A stretch of DNA of 24,000 nucleotides, taken from contig NZ_JACFAJ010000001.1 in NCBI RefSeq assembly GCF_014250685.1, positions 322,120 through 346,119 of the forward strand, in the 5' to 3' direction. Both the position numbers and the translations under genes were made by a program. The notes below the pieces were generated by a model that was not told the DNA's origin, did not search any database, and was given only the letters and a program-made list of their open reading frames with translations. How positions within the stretch are numbered: the stretch's first letter is position 1; each line of letters starts with the position of its first letter. This document shows positions 1 through 7,980 of the stretch, piece after piece. The DNA comes from Cetobacterium sp. 2A. Its GTDB lineage: Bacteria > Fusobacteriota > Fusobacteriia > Fusobacteriales > Fusobacteriaceae.

Positions 1-33
1 GTTGGAACATTTTTAATATAAACGGGGGATATT

Positions 34-699
34 ATGAATATTTATGATAAGTATATAGATGAAGTTACAAAAATTGGAAGAGTTACTATTTTAATAGGTG
101 TTTTAGCTTCATTAGCTCCAGCACTTTTAATGACATTTTATTTTGGATTCAATCCTGGATTAGCAGCTATAGCTGCAGGAGCAATATCGCAAATTTCAGT
201 TTCAGGAGCATTTTGGTTTAGTGAACCTATCAGTTATTATCCAATAGTTGGAAGAGCTGGACTTTATATGGGATTCTTATCTGGAAATCTTGTGAACATG
301 AGAATACCAGCAGCAATTTCGGCTCAAGAGGCGTCTGGTCATTTAGCGGGAACAGATGAAGGGTCAATTATGGGAACAATCGGTATTGGAGTATCTATAT
401 GGGTAGGAGCATTCTTTTTAATCCTTTCAATTATTGCAGGAGAAACTCTACTTTCAGCTTTACCTCCTTCATTTATGAGAATGTTAAATCTTATAATTCC
501 AGCATTATTCGGAGGAGTATTTACACAATTTGCTATAAAATCACCAAAAGCTGCCGTATTCTCACTAGTAGTTTCATTTATAATGATGAAAGTAGTTGAT
601 TTTATACCCGGTAAGCCAGCATTCTTAGTAACATTGGTTGCAGTTTTCTCAACAATTTACTATGCTAAAACACTTATGAACAATAAAATACAGGCTTAA
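34..699 (+). CDS. Polytopic membrane protein, family not recognised (possible transporter component)
   Basis: 221-aa ORF preceded by a GGGGGA purine run. The sequence is a series of Gly/Ala/Ile/Leu-rich hydrophobic segments (VTILIGVLASLAPALLMTFYF, IGVSIWVGAFFLILSIIAG, AFLVTLVAVFSTIYY). Its stop lies 17 nt before the next ATG. Function cannot be assigned from the sequence alone. Confidence 0.6.
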   Translation: MNIYDKYIDEVTKIGRVTILIGVLASLAPALLMTFYFGFNPGLAAIAAGAISQISVSGAFWFSEPISYYPIVGRAGLYMGFLSGNLVNMRIPAAISAQEASGHLAGTDEGSIMGTIGIGVSIWVGAFFLILSIIAGETLLSALPPSFMRMLNLIIPALFGGVFTQFAIKSPKAAVFSLVVSFIMMKVVDFIPGKPAFLVTLVAVFSTIYYAKTLMNNKIQA

Positions 700-716
700 T
701 TTGAGGAGATATTTAG

Positions 717-1838
717 ATGAATAAAGATAGAATGATTTCTAATTTTATAGAAATGGTAAAAATTCACTCTCCATCATTAGGGGAAAAAGAGTATTCAGAT
801 TACTTAATAGAAATTTTAAAAAAATTAGGGCTTGAAATATATTTAGATGAAGGATACAAAGTATACGGAGGAACAGCTCCAACTATATTTGCTAAACTAA
901 AAGGACAAACAACTGGCGAAGGAATAACATTAGCTGCTCATACAGATGTTGTAGAGCCTTCTAAAAATACAAATCCTTTAATAGATGGGGATATAATAAA
1001 AACAGATGGAACAACAACTCTAGGCGGAGATGACAAAGCTGGAATAGCTTCTATTATCGAAGTATTAAGAACAATTATTGAAGAAAATATAGAACATGAA
1101 GACATCTATTTAATATTGACACCTTGTGAAGAAAACGGAATGTTAGGATCTAAAAATATAAATTGGGATAATGTTCCTAAGCATATGATTCCAGCTAAAG
1201 ATGTCATAGTGATTGATAATTCAGGAAAAGCGGGACTAATTGCGCACACAGCACCAAGTAGATATAATTTCAAAATTATATTTAAAGGAAGAAAAGCTCA
1301 TGCTGGAATAGAACCAGAAAAAGGAATAAATGCAATTCAATTGGCTTCAATAGCAATTTCTACTATGAAAATGGGAAGAATAGATGAATTAACTACTTCA
1401 AATTTAGGAAGTATAGAATCAATGTTCCCTAGTAATGTTGTAGCAGATCTTTGTGTTGTTACAGGTGAAATAAGAGGCCATTCAATTGATACTATCTTAG
1501 AAACATTAGACATCTATGAAAAGTGTTGTTCAGTTGCTACAAATTCTTTTGGTGGAGAATATAGTTTTGAGAAAATTTGTGATTTTCCAACATTAAAGCC
1601 TCTGGATGATTTAAAATTTGCTAATAAATTTGCTAAAATTTATGAAGACCTAGGAGTTACAACAAAACTTCAAATCATAGGTGGTGGATCTGATAGTAAT
1701 ATCTTTGCAGAAAAAGGATATAACTCAATAATTGTTGGTGTTGGAATGGAAAATGTCCATACAGTTAATGAATCTTTAGATACCAGAGAACTTATTAAAA
1801 CAACAGAAGCAATAATAAAATATATAAAAAAAATCTAA
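717..1838 (+). CDS. M20/M25/M40 family metallopeptidase, peptidase-T-like (tripeptidase or deacylase)
   Basis: 373-aa ORF with GAGGAG RBS. It carries the M20 metal-ligand and catalytic motifs AAHTDVV, GGDDKAG and PCEENGMLG, in the same order as the PepT motifs HxD, GADDKAG and EE. Confidence 0.8.
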   Translation: MNKDRMISNFIEMVKIHSPSLGEKEYSDYLIEILKKLGLEIYLDEGYKVYGGTAPTIFAKLKGQTTGEGITLAAHTDVVEPSKNTNPLIDGDIIKTDGTTTLGGDDKAGIASIIEVLRTIIEENIEHEDIYLILTPCEENGMLGSKNINWDNVPKHMIPAKDVIVIDNSGKAGLIAHTAPSRYNFKIIFKGRKAHAGIEPEKGINAIQLASIAISTMKMGRIDELTTSNLGSIESMFPSNVVADLCVVTGEIRGHSIDTILETLDIYEKCCSVATNSFGGEYSFEKICDFPTLKPLDDLKFANKFAKIYEDLGVTTKLQIIGGGSDSNIFAEKGYNSIIVGVGMENVHTVNESLDTRELIKTTEAIIKYIKKI

Positions 1839-1876
1839 TCAAAATAATAAATTTAAATCCAATTAAATATTTGTGT

Positions 1877-1928
1877 AAACTTCCAAGTTGGGGTAATATT
1901 AAATTATCTGACTTGGAAGTTTTTTTTT
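1877..1928 (+). terminator. Rho-independent terminator after the M20 peptidase gene
   Basis: AAACTTCCAAGT (1877-1888) pairs perfectly with ACTTGGAAGTTT (1911-1922), followed by a T run to 1928. The 22-nt loop is unusually large. Confidence 0.7.
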
Positions 1929-1959
1929 GGAAAAAAATTTATTTTTATAAGGAGGAGAG

Positions 1960-2613
1960 ATGGTCATAACAAAAGAGAGATGGATTTCCATTTTTCAAAA
2001 TATTTCAAAACTTATGATAGAAAATAAAGATATTTTATCAACAATTGACGCTACATTTGGAGATGGTGATCACGGAATTACAATCGAAAGAATAGGAATG
2101 GTACTAAAAAATAAAAGCGAGGAGTGGAAGGGAAATAATAAATCTTTAAAAAGTTTTTTCCAAGATATAGGGAATACAATAACAAATATAAATGGTGGTT
2201 CTGCAGGTCCTCTTTATGGAACATATTTTAGTGGCTTAGGAGAAGAACTAGATGAGAGTATAATTGAAGTGGATGGAAAAGAATTAAAAAAAATACTAAA
2301 TTCAGGGTTAACAGAATTACAATATTTGACCACAGCTAAAGTTGGAGATAAAACTATGATGGATACTCTTATTCCAGCAACAGAAGCAGCTTTAAAAGCT
2401 AGTGATGACATAATTGATATTGTGACTAAAGCTAAAGACGGAGCATTAAAAGGTGCAGAAAAAAGTAAAGAGTTTATTAGTAAGTTTGGAAGAGCTAAAA
2501 GTTACAAGGAACAAACTATAGGAACACCAGATGCTGGAGCAACAAGTTGTACATATATATTTTTAGGTTTATATGAAGGAGGAGTTTTTAATGAAAATGA
2601 AAAAATTTATTAA
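1960..2613 (+). CDS. DhaL-like protein (Dak2 domain, ADP/ATP-binding subunit of a dihydroxyacetone-kinase-family enzyme), divergent paralog
   Basis: 217 aa, AAGGAGGAG RBS. Dak2 nucleotide/Mg motifs are present: DATFGDGDHG, GGSAGPLYG, GDKTMMDTL and TPDAGA. It is clearly distinct in sequence from the second DhaL at 21676-22290. Confidence 0.85.
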   Translation: MVITKERWISIFQNISKLMIENKDILSTIDATFGDGDHGITIERIGMVLKNKSEEWKGNNKSLKSFFQDIGNTITNINGGSAGPLYGTYFSGLGEELDESIIEVDGKELKKILNSGLTELQYLTTAKVGDKTMMDTLIPATEAALKASDDIIDIVTKAKDGALKGAEKSKEFISKFGRAKSYKEQTIGTPDAGATSCTYIFLGLYEGGVFNENEKIY

Positions 2614-3589
2614 TGATCCATCAAAGTTAACATCAGAATTACTAGAAGGTTTAGCTTTAGCAAATAAAGATATACTGGAATTAAAACCTAATAATTTAAT
2701 TGTTTCAAAATCTTTAAAAGATGCAAATAGAGTTACAGTTGTAACTCTGGGTGGTGCTGGACATGAACCAGCTTTATCAGGATTTGTTGGAGAGGGAATG
2801 ATTGATATATCGGTTGTTGGAGATATATTTGCGGCTCCTGGACCGCAAGCATGCATAGATGCTATAAAACTGGCAGATAAAGGACATGGGGTACTATTTG
2901 TTGTATTAAATCATTCTGGAGATATGCTAACAGCTAATTTAACAATGAAAGAAGTGAGAAAACAGGGATTAAATGTTATAAAAGTTGTAACTCAAGAGGA
3001 TGTCTCTAATGCTCCTAGAGAAAATAGTGATGATAGAAGAGGCCTTGTTGGTTGTATCCCTACATACAAAATCGCAGCAGGAGCAGCTAAAGCTGGAAAA
3101 AGTTTAGAAGAAGTTGCAAATATAACTCAAAGATTTGTCGATAATATGGCAACAATTGCAGTTGCAGCCCGTGAAGCAACTCATCCTCAAACTGGTGCAC
3201 CTTTTGCTGATCTAGGAGATATCGACATGGAAATTGGTATGGGACAACACGGAGAGGGTGGTGGTGGACGCCAACCTATGAAATCAGCAGATGAAACTGT
3301 TGAAATAATGATGGGAGCTCTTCTTAAAGATTTAGATATAAAACCAAAAGAAAAAATAATGGTTATTATAAATGGTTCAGGAGGAACTACATTAATGGAA
3401 CAGTTAATACTTTTCCGTGGATGTGTAAAATATCTAGAAAAATTAGAAATAGAGGTTGTTGCAAACATGGTTGGAGAAATTCTAACTGTCCAAGAACAAG
3501 CTGGATTCCAGATGTTTATAGCTAGAATGGATGATGAGCTATTGAAGTATTGGAACTCTTTTGCAAAGACACCATATTTTTGTAAATAA
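2591..3589 (+). CDS. DhaK-like protein (Dak1 domain, substrate-binding subunit), divergent paralog
   Basis: Dak1 motifs are present: GGAGHEPALSGFVGEGM, LNHSGD and GMGQHGEGG (the His of the canonical GIHGEPG is retained). I moved the start to ATG 2591 because AAGGAGGAG at 2576-2584 sits 6 nt upstream, and the track's ATG at 2573 lies inside that RBS. The gene overlaps the end of the DhaL-like gene by 23 nt. Confidence 0.85.
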   Translation: MKMKKFINDPSKLTSELLEGLALANKDILELKPNNLIVSKSLKDANRVTVVTLGGAGHEPALSGFVGEGMIDISVVGDIFAAPGPQACIDAIKLADKGHGVLFVVLNHSGDMLTANLTMKEVRKQGLNVIKVVTQEDVSNAPRENSDDRRGLVGCIPTYKIAAGAAKAGKSLEEVANITQRFVDNMATIAVAAREATHPQTGAPFADLGDIDMEIGMGQHGEGGGGRQPMKSADETVEIMMGALLKDLDIKPKEKIMVIINGSGGTTLMEQLILFRGCVKYLEKLEIEVVANMVGEILTVQEQAGFQMFIARMDDELLKYWNSFAKTPYFCK

Positions 3590-3607
3590 CTGATAAGGAG
3601 GAATAAA

Positions 3608-3928
3608 ATGTTTAAAAAATTTGTTCATATAGGAGTTCCTACTGACAAAAAAATGCCCGGAGAAGAGTACTGTGAAGATATGAAGTTATGGATTTCAGAC
3701 CCGGAGAAAGATGAATTTAAATTTGAATATTTAAGATTTGAAAAAGATTCTTGGATGGCAAAGGAAATTCAAACACAACCTCATATCGCAGTTGAAGTTG
3801 ATAATATAAATGAGATTTTAGCGACTTGTGACAAGGTTTTATTGGAACCCACAGTATTAAATGAAAACTGTACAATTGCTTTTATCCTTAGGGACGGAGT
3901 AGTTTTAGAATTAATGGAAATGAAATAG
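3608..3928 (+). CDS. Small VOC (glyoxalase/bleomycin-resistance/dioxygenase fold)-like protein, tentative
   Basis: 106 aa, TAAGGAGGA RBS, starting 18 nt after the DhaK-like stop. The pattern FVHIGVPT ... FEYLRFE ... PHIAVEVDN ... VVLELME resembles the His/Glu metal ligands on beta-strands of a single VOC module pair. The assignment is by pattern only. Confidence 0.45.
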   Translation: MFKKFVHIGVPTDKKMPGEEYCEDMKLWISDPEKDEFKFEYLRFEKDSWMAKEIQTQPHIAVEVDNINEILATCDKVLLEPTVLNENCTIAFILRDGVVLELMEMK

Positions 3929-3945
3929 AAATAATATCGAATCTT

Positions 3946-3995
3946 AAACAACCGAAGTCCTTTTTTTAGGAAACTGAGGTTGTTTATTTTTTTTG
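3946..3995 (+). terminator. Rho-independent terminator ending the DhaL-DhaK-VOC unit
   Basis: AAACAACC (3946-3953) pairs with GGTTGTTT (3978-3985), with additional inner pairs, followed by ATTTTTTTTTG. Confidence 0.6.
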
Positions 3996-4047
3996 TTGTA
4001 TATGTTACAATTAAATGAAATTATATTTCTATTAGAAGGAGTATTTT

Positions 4048-5067
4048 ATGAAAATCCCATCTTTTTTAAAAAAAGGAATCTTTTATTTTCTTCTTGTATT
4101 TATTACTGGTTGTAGTGCTCTCATGACTTCTATCGGAAATAGCAAAGTAGATGATGCTATTAATATCTATAGCACCCGTGGGCTTACCTCTGACGGAACT
4201 TTACAACTTATCTCAGGATTAGAATATTATCCCGAATCTCAAATTGGAATAAATCAATACCGAAAACAATATTTAGAGATAACTCAACTTAAAAATACTA
4301 TTGTAAAAAAGAAAAATTTTAATCAACAAGATTTAAATGCTTTAAATCTATATCTTCTAACAATCGAAGAATTTAGAAAAATACAGCCAAAAATTCCTAC
4401 TATAGCAATTGATTATAATGATTTTAATAGATCCAAGTTTGAAATCATAAAAATTTTCGAAAATTTTGTATCAAAAGATGAAAAATTAAATATTAGTCGT
4501 AACCAAAAAATAGATAATATTAACTTTTATAAAAAATTAAACAAATATATAAATAGCTATCTCATTAATAATATTATATTAAATTTACAAAATGATGTAA
4601 CTATCAACCTTTATATCACCTCATCTTTTAGAGGTTTTTCTGGATTAGATTCTCTTGTAACAAACAGTTTAATGCAAGCTTCTGATATGAATCCAAATAG
4701 AAACTTAGGAAATTATATTATTTTCAAAGGTTATAATGATTTTATATCTCCTAACTTTAATAACTATTTCATTGATTTTAATTTTTCTAATGTTTATATC
4801 AGAGTTATAGAAACTAAAGAAGAGACAAAAGATAATCATAAGATTTTTATAGTAAAGAAACGAATTACTGTTAGTGGCTACTATAAAGTCTATTCTCAAA
4901 ATACAATTCCTGCTATTAAGTATTTTGAATTTAGTGAAAATTATACTCTTAAAACAGAAACTAATAACTCTACTACATTTTATGATGATGAAAGAGATAT
5001 AGTTAAAACTATTCTAAAAAATAAATTTTCAAATATTATTCATTACGATTTGAGAAACTTATTCTAA
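4048..5067 (+). CDS. Hypothetical lipoprotein (orphan, Asn/Ile/Lys-rich)
   Basis: 339 aa, AGAAGGAG RBS. The N-terminus MKIPSFLKKGIFYFLLVFITGCSAL has a lipobox-like FITG-C. The gene is visibly more AT-rich than its neighbours, I recognise no family motifs, and the protein ends in ...LRNLF. Confidence 0.65.
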   Translation: MKIPSFLKKGIFYFLLVFITGCSALMTSIGNSKVDDAINIYSTRGLTSDGTLQLISGLEYYPESQIGINQYRKQYLEITQLKNTIVKKKNFNQQDLNALNLYLLTIEEFRKIQPKIPTIAIDYNDFNRSKFEIIKIFENFVSKDEKLNISRNQKIDNINFYKKLNKYINSYLINNIILNLQNDVTINLYITSSFRGFSGLDSLVTNSLMQASDMNPNRNLGNYIIFKGYNDFISPNFNNYFIDFNFSNVYIRVIETKEETKDNHKIFIVKKRITVSGYYKVYSQNTIPAIKYFEFSENYTLKTETNNSTTFYDDERDIVKTILKNKFSNIIHYDLRNLF

Positions 5068-5074
5068 AAAATTA

Positions 5075-5103
5075 TTGAAATGATTTTAAAATTATGATAC
5101 TAT
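5075..5103 (+). promoter_or_regulatory. Candidate sigma-70-type promoter of the riboswitch-controlled operon
   Basis: TTGAAA (5075-5080), a 17-nt spacer ending in TGA (extended -10-like TG), then TACTAT (5098-5103). This would place the transcription start about 20-25 nt before the aptamer. Confidence 0.45.
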
Positions 5104-5129
5104 TTATTAACATAAAAAATTATAAATAT

Positions 5130-5199
5130 TTGCTCATATATACCCGGAATATGGTCGGGAGTTTCTACGGTTAACCTTTAAATTAACCACTATGAGTGA
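5130..5199 (+). promoter_or_regulatory. Purine riboswitch aptamer, guanine/hypoxanthine/xanthine class
   Basis: P1 is GCUCAUA (5132-5138) with UAUGAGU (5191-5197). P2 is CCCGG (5143-5147) with UCGGG (5155-5159), loop AAUAUGG. J2/3 is AGUUUCUAC (5160-5168), matching the invariant consensus. P3 is GGUUAA (5169-5174) with UUAACC (5183-5188), with loop CCUUUAAA whose CC can pair with the GG of L2. C5190 occupies the ligand-specifying position, where C indicates guanine class and U indicates adenine class. Confidence 0.9.
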
Positions 5200-5229
5200 T
5201 TAAAAATGATTTCTATTATTTTGTATAAT

Positions 5230-5284
5230 AGGATTATTTTCTTTCACTTGTAGAAAATGAAGGGAGATAATCCTTTTTGTTTTC
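5230..5284 (+). terminator. Riboswitch expression platform: intrinsic terminator, with a competing antiterminator at 5190-5253
   Basis: 5230-5246 pairs with 5258-5274 (17 bp including G-U pairs, 11-nt loop), followed by UUUUGUUUU. In the alternative fold, 5190-5199 pairs with 5244-5253 (10 bp) and 5203-5212 pairs with 5231-5240 (10 A-U/G-U bp). That alternative uses the 3' strand of P1 and is mutually exclusive with the terminator. Confidence 0.75.
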
Positions 5285-5346
5285 TACAAATAACTCTCGA
5301 TAATATAAGGGTTAGTATGAGCCAAATTTTAGGAGGCTTTAATAAC

Positions 5347-6687
5347 ATGATAAAAAACAAATCCCCTTATGATTTAGACGGAATCCCTAGTTTAAAAACT
5401 GCAATTCCTCTTGGTCTACAGCATATTTTAGCTATGTTTGTAAGTAATATTACTCCAATTATAATAGTTGCAGGAGTTTTAGGAATCTCTGCTGAACAAA
5501 AGACATTACTTATTCAAGCCTCTATGTTTGTGGCTGGATTAAATACACTTGTACAAGCTTATACACTTGGACCTATAGGAGCAAGACTTCCTATTGTTGT
5601 TGGAACTAGCTTTGCATTTGTCCCTGTAGCAATTTCTATTGGTGTAAAGTACGGATTTGAGGGTGTTCTTGGAGCTGCTCTAATCGGAGGACTTTTCGAA
5701 GGACTTCTAGGACTTATAATTAAAAGAGTTAGAAAATTTTTCCCACCTATTGTTACAGGAATAGTTGTACTATCAATAGGTTTATCTTTACTTCCTGTTG
5801 GAATTAAAAGTTTTGCAGGTGGAGTTGGAGCACCAGATTTTGGTTCTCTTGAAAACCTAGCAATAGGAACAGTAGTTCTTGTCACTGTAGTATTTTTCAA
5901 ACAATTTACTAAGGGTATACTTAGTACTGGTTCAATATTTATTGGTACAATCGTTGGTTTCATTGTAGCTTTACTTATGGGAAAGGTAAACTTAGCACCA
6001 TTAAATGATGCAGCGTTATTAAGTATCCCAAGACCATTAATGTTTGGATTCTCATTCCATCTAGATGCTATCCTTGCGATGGTACTTATGTTTATAGTAT
6101 CTGCTGTTGAAACTGTTGGAGATATGTCTGGAGTTACAATGGGAGGAGCTGGAAGAGAAACTACTGATAGAGAATTATCTGGTGGTATTTTAGCGGATGG
6201 ACTTGGAAGTGCTCTTGCTGCATGTTTCTCAGTACTACCAACTACTTCATTTAGTCAAAATACAGGAATTATTGCAATGACTGGTATTATGAGTAGATTC
6301 GTTGTTGGAATTGGAGCTTGCTTCTTAATTCTTGGAGCGTTCATTCCAAAAATTGGAGCCATCTTTACTATAGTTCCTTCAAGTGTTATCGGTGGAAGTT
6401 TAGTTATGGTATTTGCAATGATTTCTATAAGTGGAATCAATCTTATAACTAAAGAACCATTAGTTGGAAGAAATACAATTATTTTAGCGGTTTCTCTTGG
6501 ATTAGGGTATGGATTAGGAAATGTTCCTGATGCTTTGGCAACTTTCCCTGAAGGAGTTAAATTAATATTTGGAGGTTCTGGAATTGTTGTATCTGGAGCT
6601 ATAGCTGTAATTTTAAATCTTATTCTTCCTAAGGATGAGATAAAAGAAACAAAATCTTTTAAAGAATTAAAAAATCAAGAAGCTTAA
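5347..6687 (+). CDS. NCS2/NAT family nucleobase:cation symporter, xanthine/uric-acid-type permease
   Basis: Multi-TM protein with LGLQHILAMF and the NAT signature QNTGIIAMTG. Gln at the first signature position is the xanthine/urate-type residue, while Glu is uracil-type. The start was moved to ATG 5347 (AGGAGG at 5330-5335), because the track's ATG 5257 lies in the terminator loop. ATG 5317 is an alternative start. Confidence 0.85.
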   Translation: MIKNKSPYDLDGIPSLKTAIPLGLQHILAMFVSNITPIIIVAGVLGISAEQKTLLIQASMFVAGLNTLVQAYTLGPIGARLPIVVGTSFAFVPVAISIGVKYGFEGVLGAALIGGLFEGLLGLIIKRVRKFFPPIVTGIVVLSIGLSLLPVGIKSFAGGVGAPDFGSLENLAIGTVVLVTVVFFKQFTKGILSTGSIFIGTIVGFIVALLMGKVNLAPLNDAALLSIPRPLMFGFSFHLDAILAMVLMFIVSAVETVGDMSGVTMGGAGRETTDRELSGGILADGLGSALAACFSVLPTTSFSQNTGIIAMTGIMSRFVVGIGACFLILGAFIPKIGAIFTIVPSSVIGGSLVMVFAMISISGINLITKEPLVGRNTIILAVSLGLGYGLGNVPDALATFPEGVKLIFGGSGIVVSGAIAVILNLILPKDEIKETKSFKELKNQEA

Positions 6688-6722
6688 TAAAAATTAAAAT
6701 AGATATATCTGGAGGTCTTATT

Positions 6723-7508
6723 TTGTTACAATTTTCTAATTATCTCTTAGCTGACTCTTTAGACTCAGCTTACAATGAGCTTGTAAAAAATAAAAAAAAT
6801 ATTATTTTGGGTGGTACTTCTTATTTAAGAATGGGAGACACTCAATTTAATACGGCCATAGATCTTAGTAATTTATCTCTTTCCTATATTAATGAGGCAA
6901 GAGATTTTTTACATATAGGAGCTATGACATCTTTTCGTGATTTAGAAGTAAATCCAATTCTAAAAAGCCATTTTAGTGGAATCATCTCTAAATGTGTAGA
7001 AAATATCCTAGGAGTACAGTTTAGAAATAACGTTACTGTTGGAGCTACTGTATTCTCTAAATATGGATTCTCAGATTTAATTCCGGTTCTTTTAGCTTTA
7101 GAAACAACTGTTGTTCTACAAGGTGGAGGAGAGATAGAACTGGAAGATTTCTTAAAAGAAGATACTATCAGAAGAGATATTCTTGTAGAAATAAAAATAA
7201 AAAAATCTAATTCTATTGGAAACTTCCAAACTATAAGAAGAACTAAAAGTGATTATGCAGTACTAAATTTAGTGCTAACTAAAAACTCTGAAAATAAATT
7301 TAAAATAGCCGTTGGTGCAAGACCAGGAAAAGCTGTTTTAGCTAAAAAAACTATGGATATTTTAAACTCTACTCAAGAGATTTCAGATACATTATTTGAA
7401 ACTTTAAGCAATGAAATCGTTTTCGAAAGCAATATGAGAGCTTCAGAAGAGTATCGTCGTGCAATTTGCAAAGTAATGCTTAAAAGAGCCCTTCAGGAGG
7501 TACTATAA
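6723..7508 (+). CDS. FAD-binding (medium) subunit of a xanthine dehydrogenase/CO dehydrogenase-family molybdenum hydroxylase
   Basis: 261 aa, TTG start with GGAGG at 6711-6715. It has an N-terminal ILGGTSYL FAD-binding-type motif, and its size and position are typical of CoxM/XdhB-like subunits. Its stop is followed 1 nt later by the next ATG. Confidence 0.75.
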   Translation: MLQFSNYLLADSLDSAYNELVKNKKNIILGGTSYLRMGDTQFNTAIDLSNLSLSYINEARDFLHIGAMTSFRDLEVNPILKSHFSGIISKCVENILGVQFRNNVTVGATVFSKYGFSDLIPVLLALETTVVLQGGGEIELEDFLKEDTIRRDILVEIKIKKSNSIGNFQTIRRTKSDYAVLNLVLTKNSENKFKIAVGARPGKAVLAKKTMDILNSTQEISDTLFETLSNEIVFESNMRASEEYRRAICKVMLKRALQEVL

Positions 7509-7509
7509 T

Positions 7510-7980
7510 ATGATTTTAACTACAACAATAAATGGAAGAAAAAAAGAACTAATAGTTTCTGCTGATGAGTACTTGGTTGATACATTAAGAAAAGCAGGTT
7601 ATTTAAGCGTTAAAAGAGGATGCGATACTGGATCATGTGGACTTTGTACAGTTGTATTAGATGGAAAACCTATCCTTTCTTGCAGTACTTTATCTATGAG
7701 AGCTAATAATAAAAAAATTGAAACAATAGAAGCTTTTCAAGAAGAAGCTAAAAAATTTGCAAATTTTATGGCTACAGAGGGAGCTGAACAGTGTGGATTT
7801 TGTTCTCCAGGTTTTACAATGACAGTTCTATCTATGAAAAAGGAATTATCAAATCCAACAGATGAAGAAATTTTACATTATTTAAATGGAACTCTATGTA
7901 GATGTAGCGGATATGTATCTCAGCTTAGAGCAATTAGAAATTTCTTGGAGGCAGAAAAAAACAATGAAAATAGTAAATAA
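7510..7980 (+). CDS. [2Fe-2S]-binding (small) subunit of the molybdenum hydroxylase
   Basis: 156 aa with the plant-type ferredoxin cluster motif CDTGSCGLCTV and the second cluster motifs QCGFCSPGF and CRCSGY. Confidence 0.9.
   Translation: MILTTTINGRKKELIVSADEYLVDTLRKAGYLSVKRGCDTGSCGLCTVVLDGKPILSCSTLSMRANNKKIETIEAFQEEAKKFANFMATEGAEQCGFCSPGFTMTVLSMKKELSNPTDEEILHYLNGTLCRCSGYVSQLRAIRNFLEAEKNNENSK

Noticed and set aside
5203-5240. The A-U/G-U-only 10-bp helix (5203-5212 with 5231-5240) considered as a stand-alone antiterminator.
   Set aside because: It is too weak by itself. It becomes credible only as the inner extension of the 5190-5199 with 5244-5253 helix, which involves the P1 3' strand. 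It is therefore folded into the riboswitch finding rather than reported separately.
5257-5346. Track start codon ATG 5257 for the permease, giving the N-terminus MKGDNPFCFLQITLDNIRVS.
   Set aside because: This ATG sits in the loop of the riboswitch terminator hairpin, and the extension runs through the U-tract. A proper AGGAGG RBS precedes ATG 5347, and the conserved permease sequence begins there.
7886-7963. Track start ATG 7886 for the molybdenum subunit.
   Set aside because: It would overlap the Fe-S subunit by 95 nt and add a non-homologous peptide. ATG 7964 has GGAGG 12 nt upstream and begins the typical N-terminal domain.
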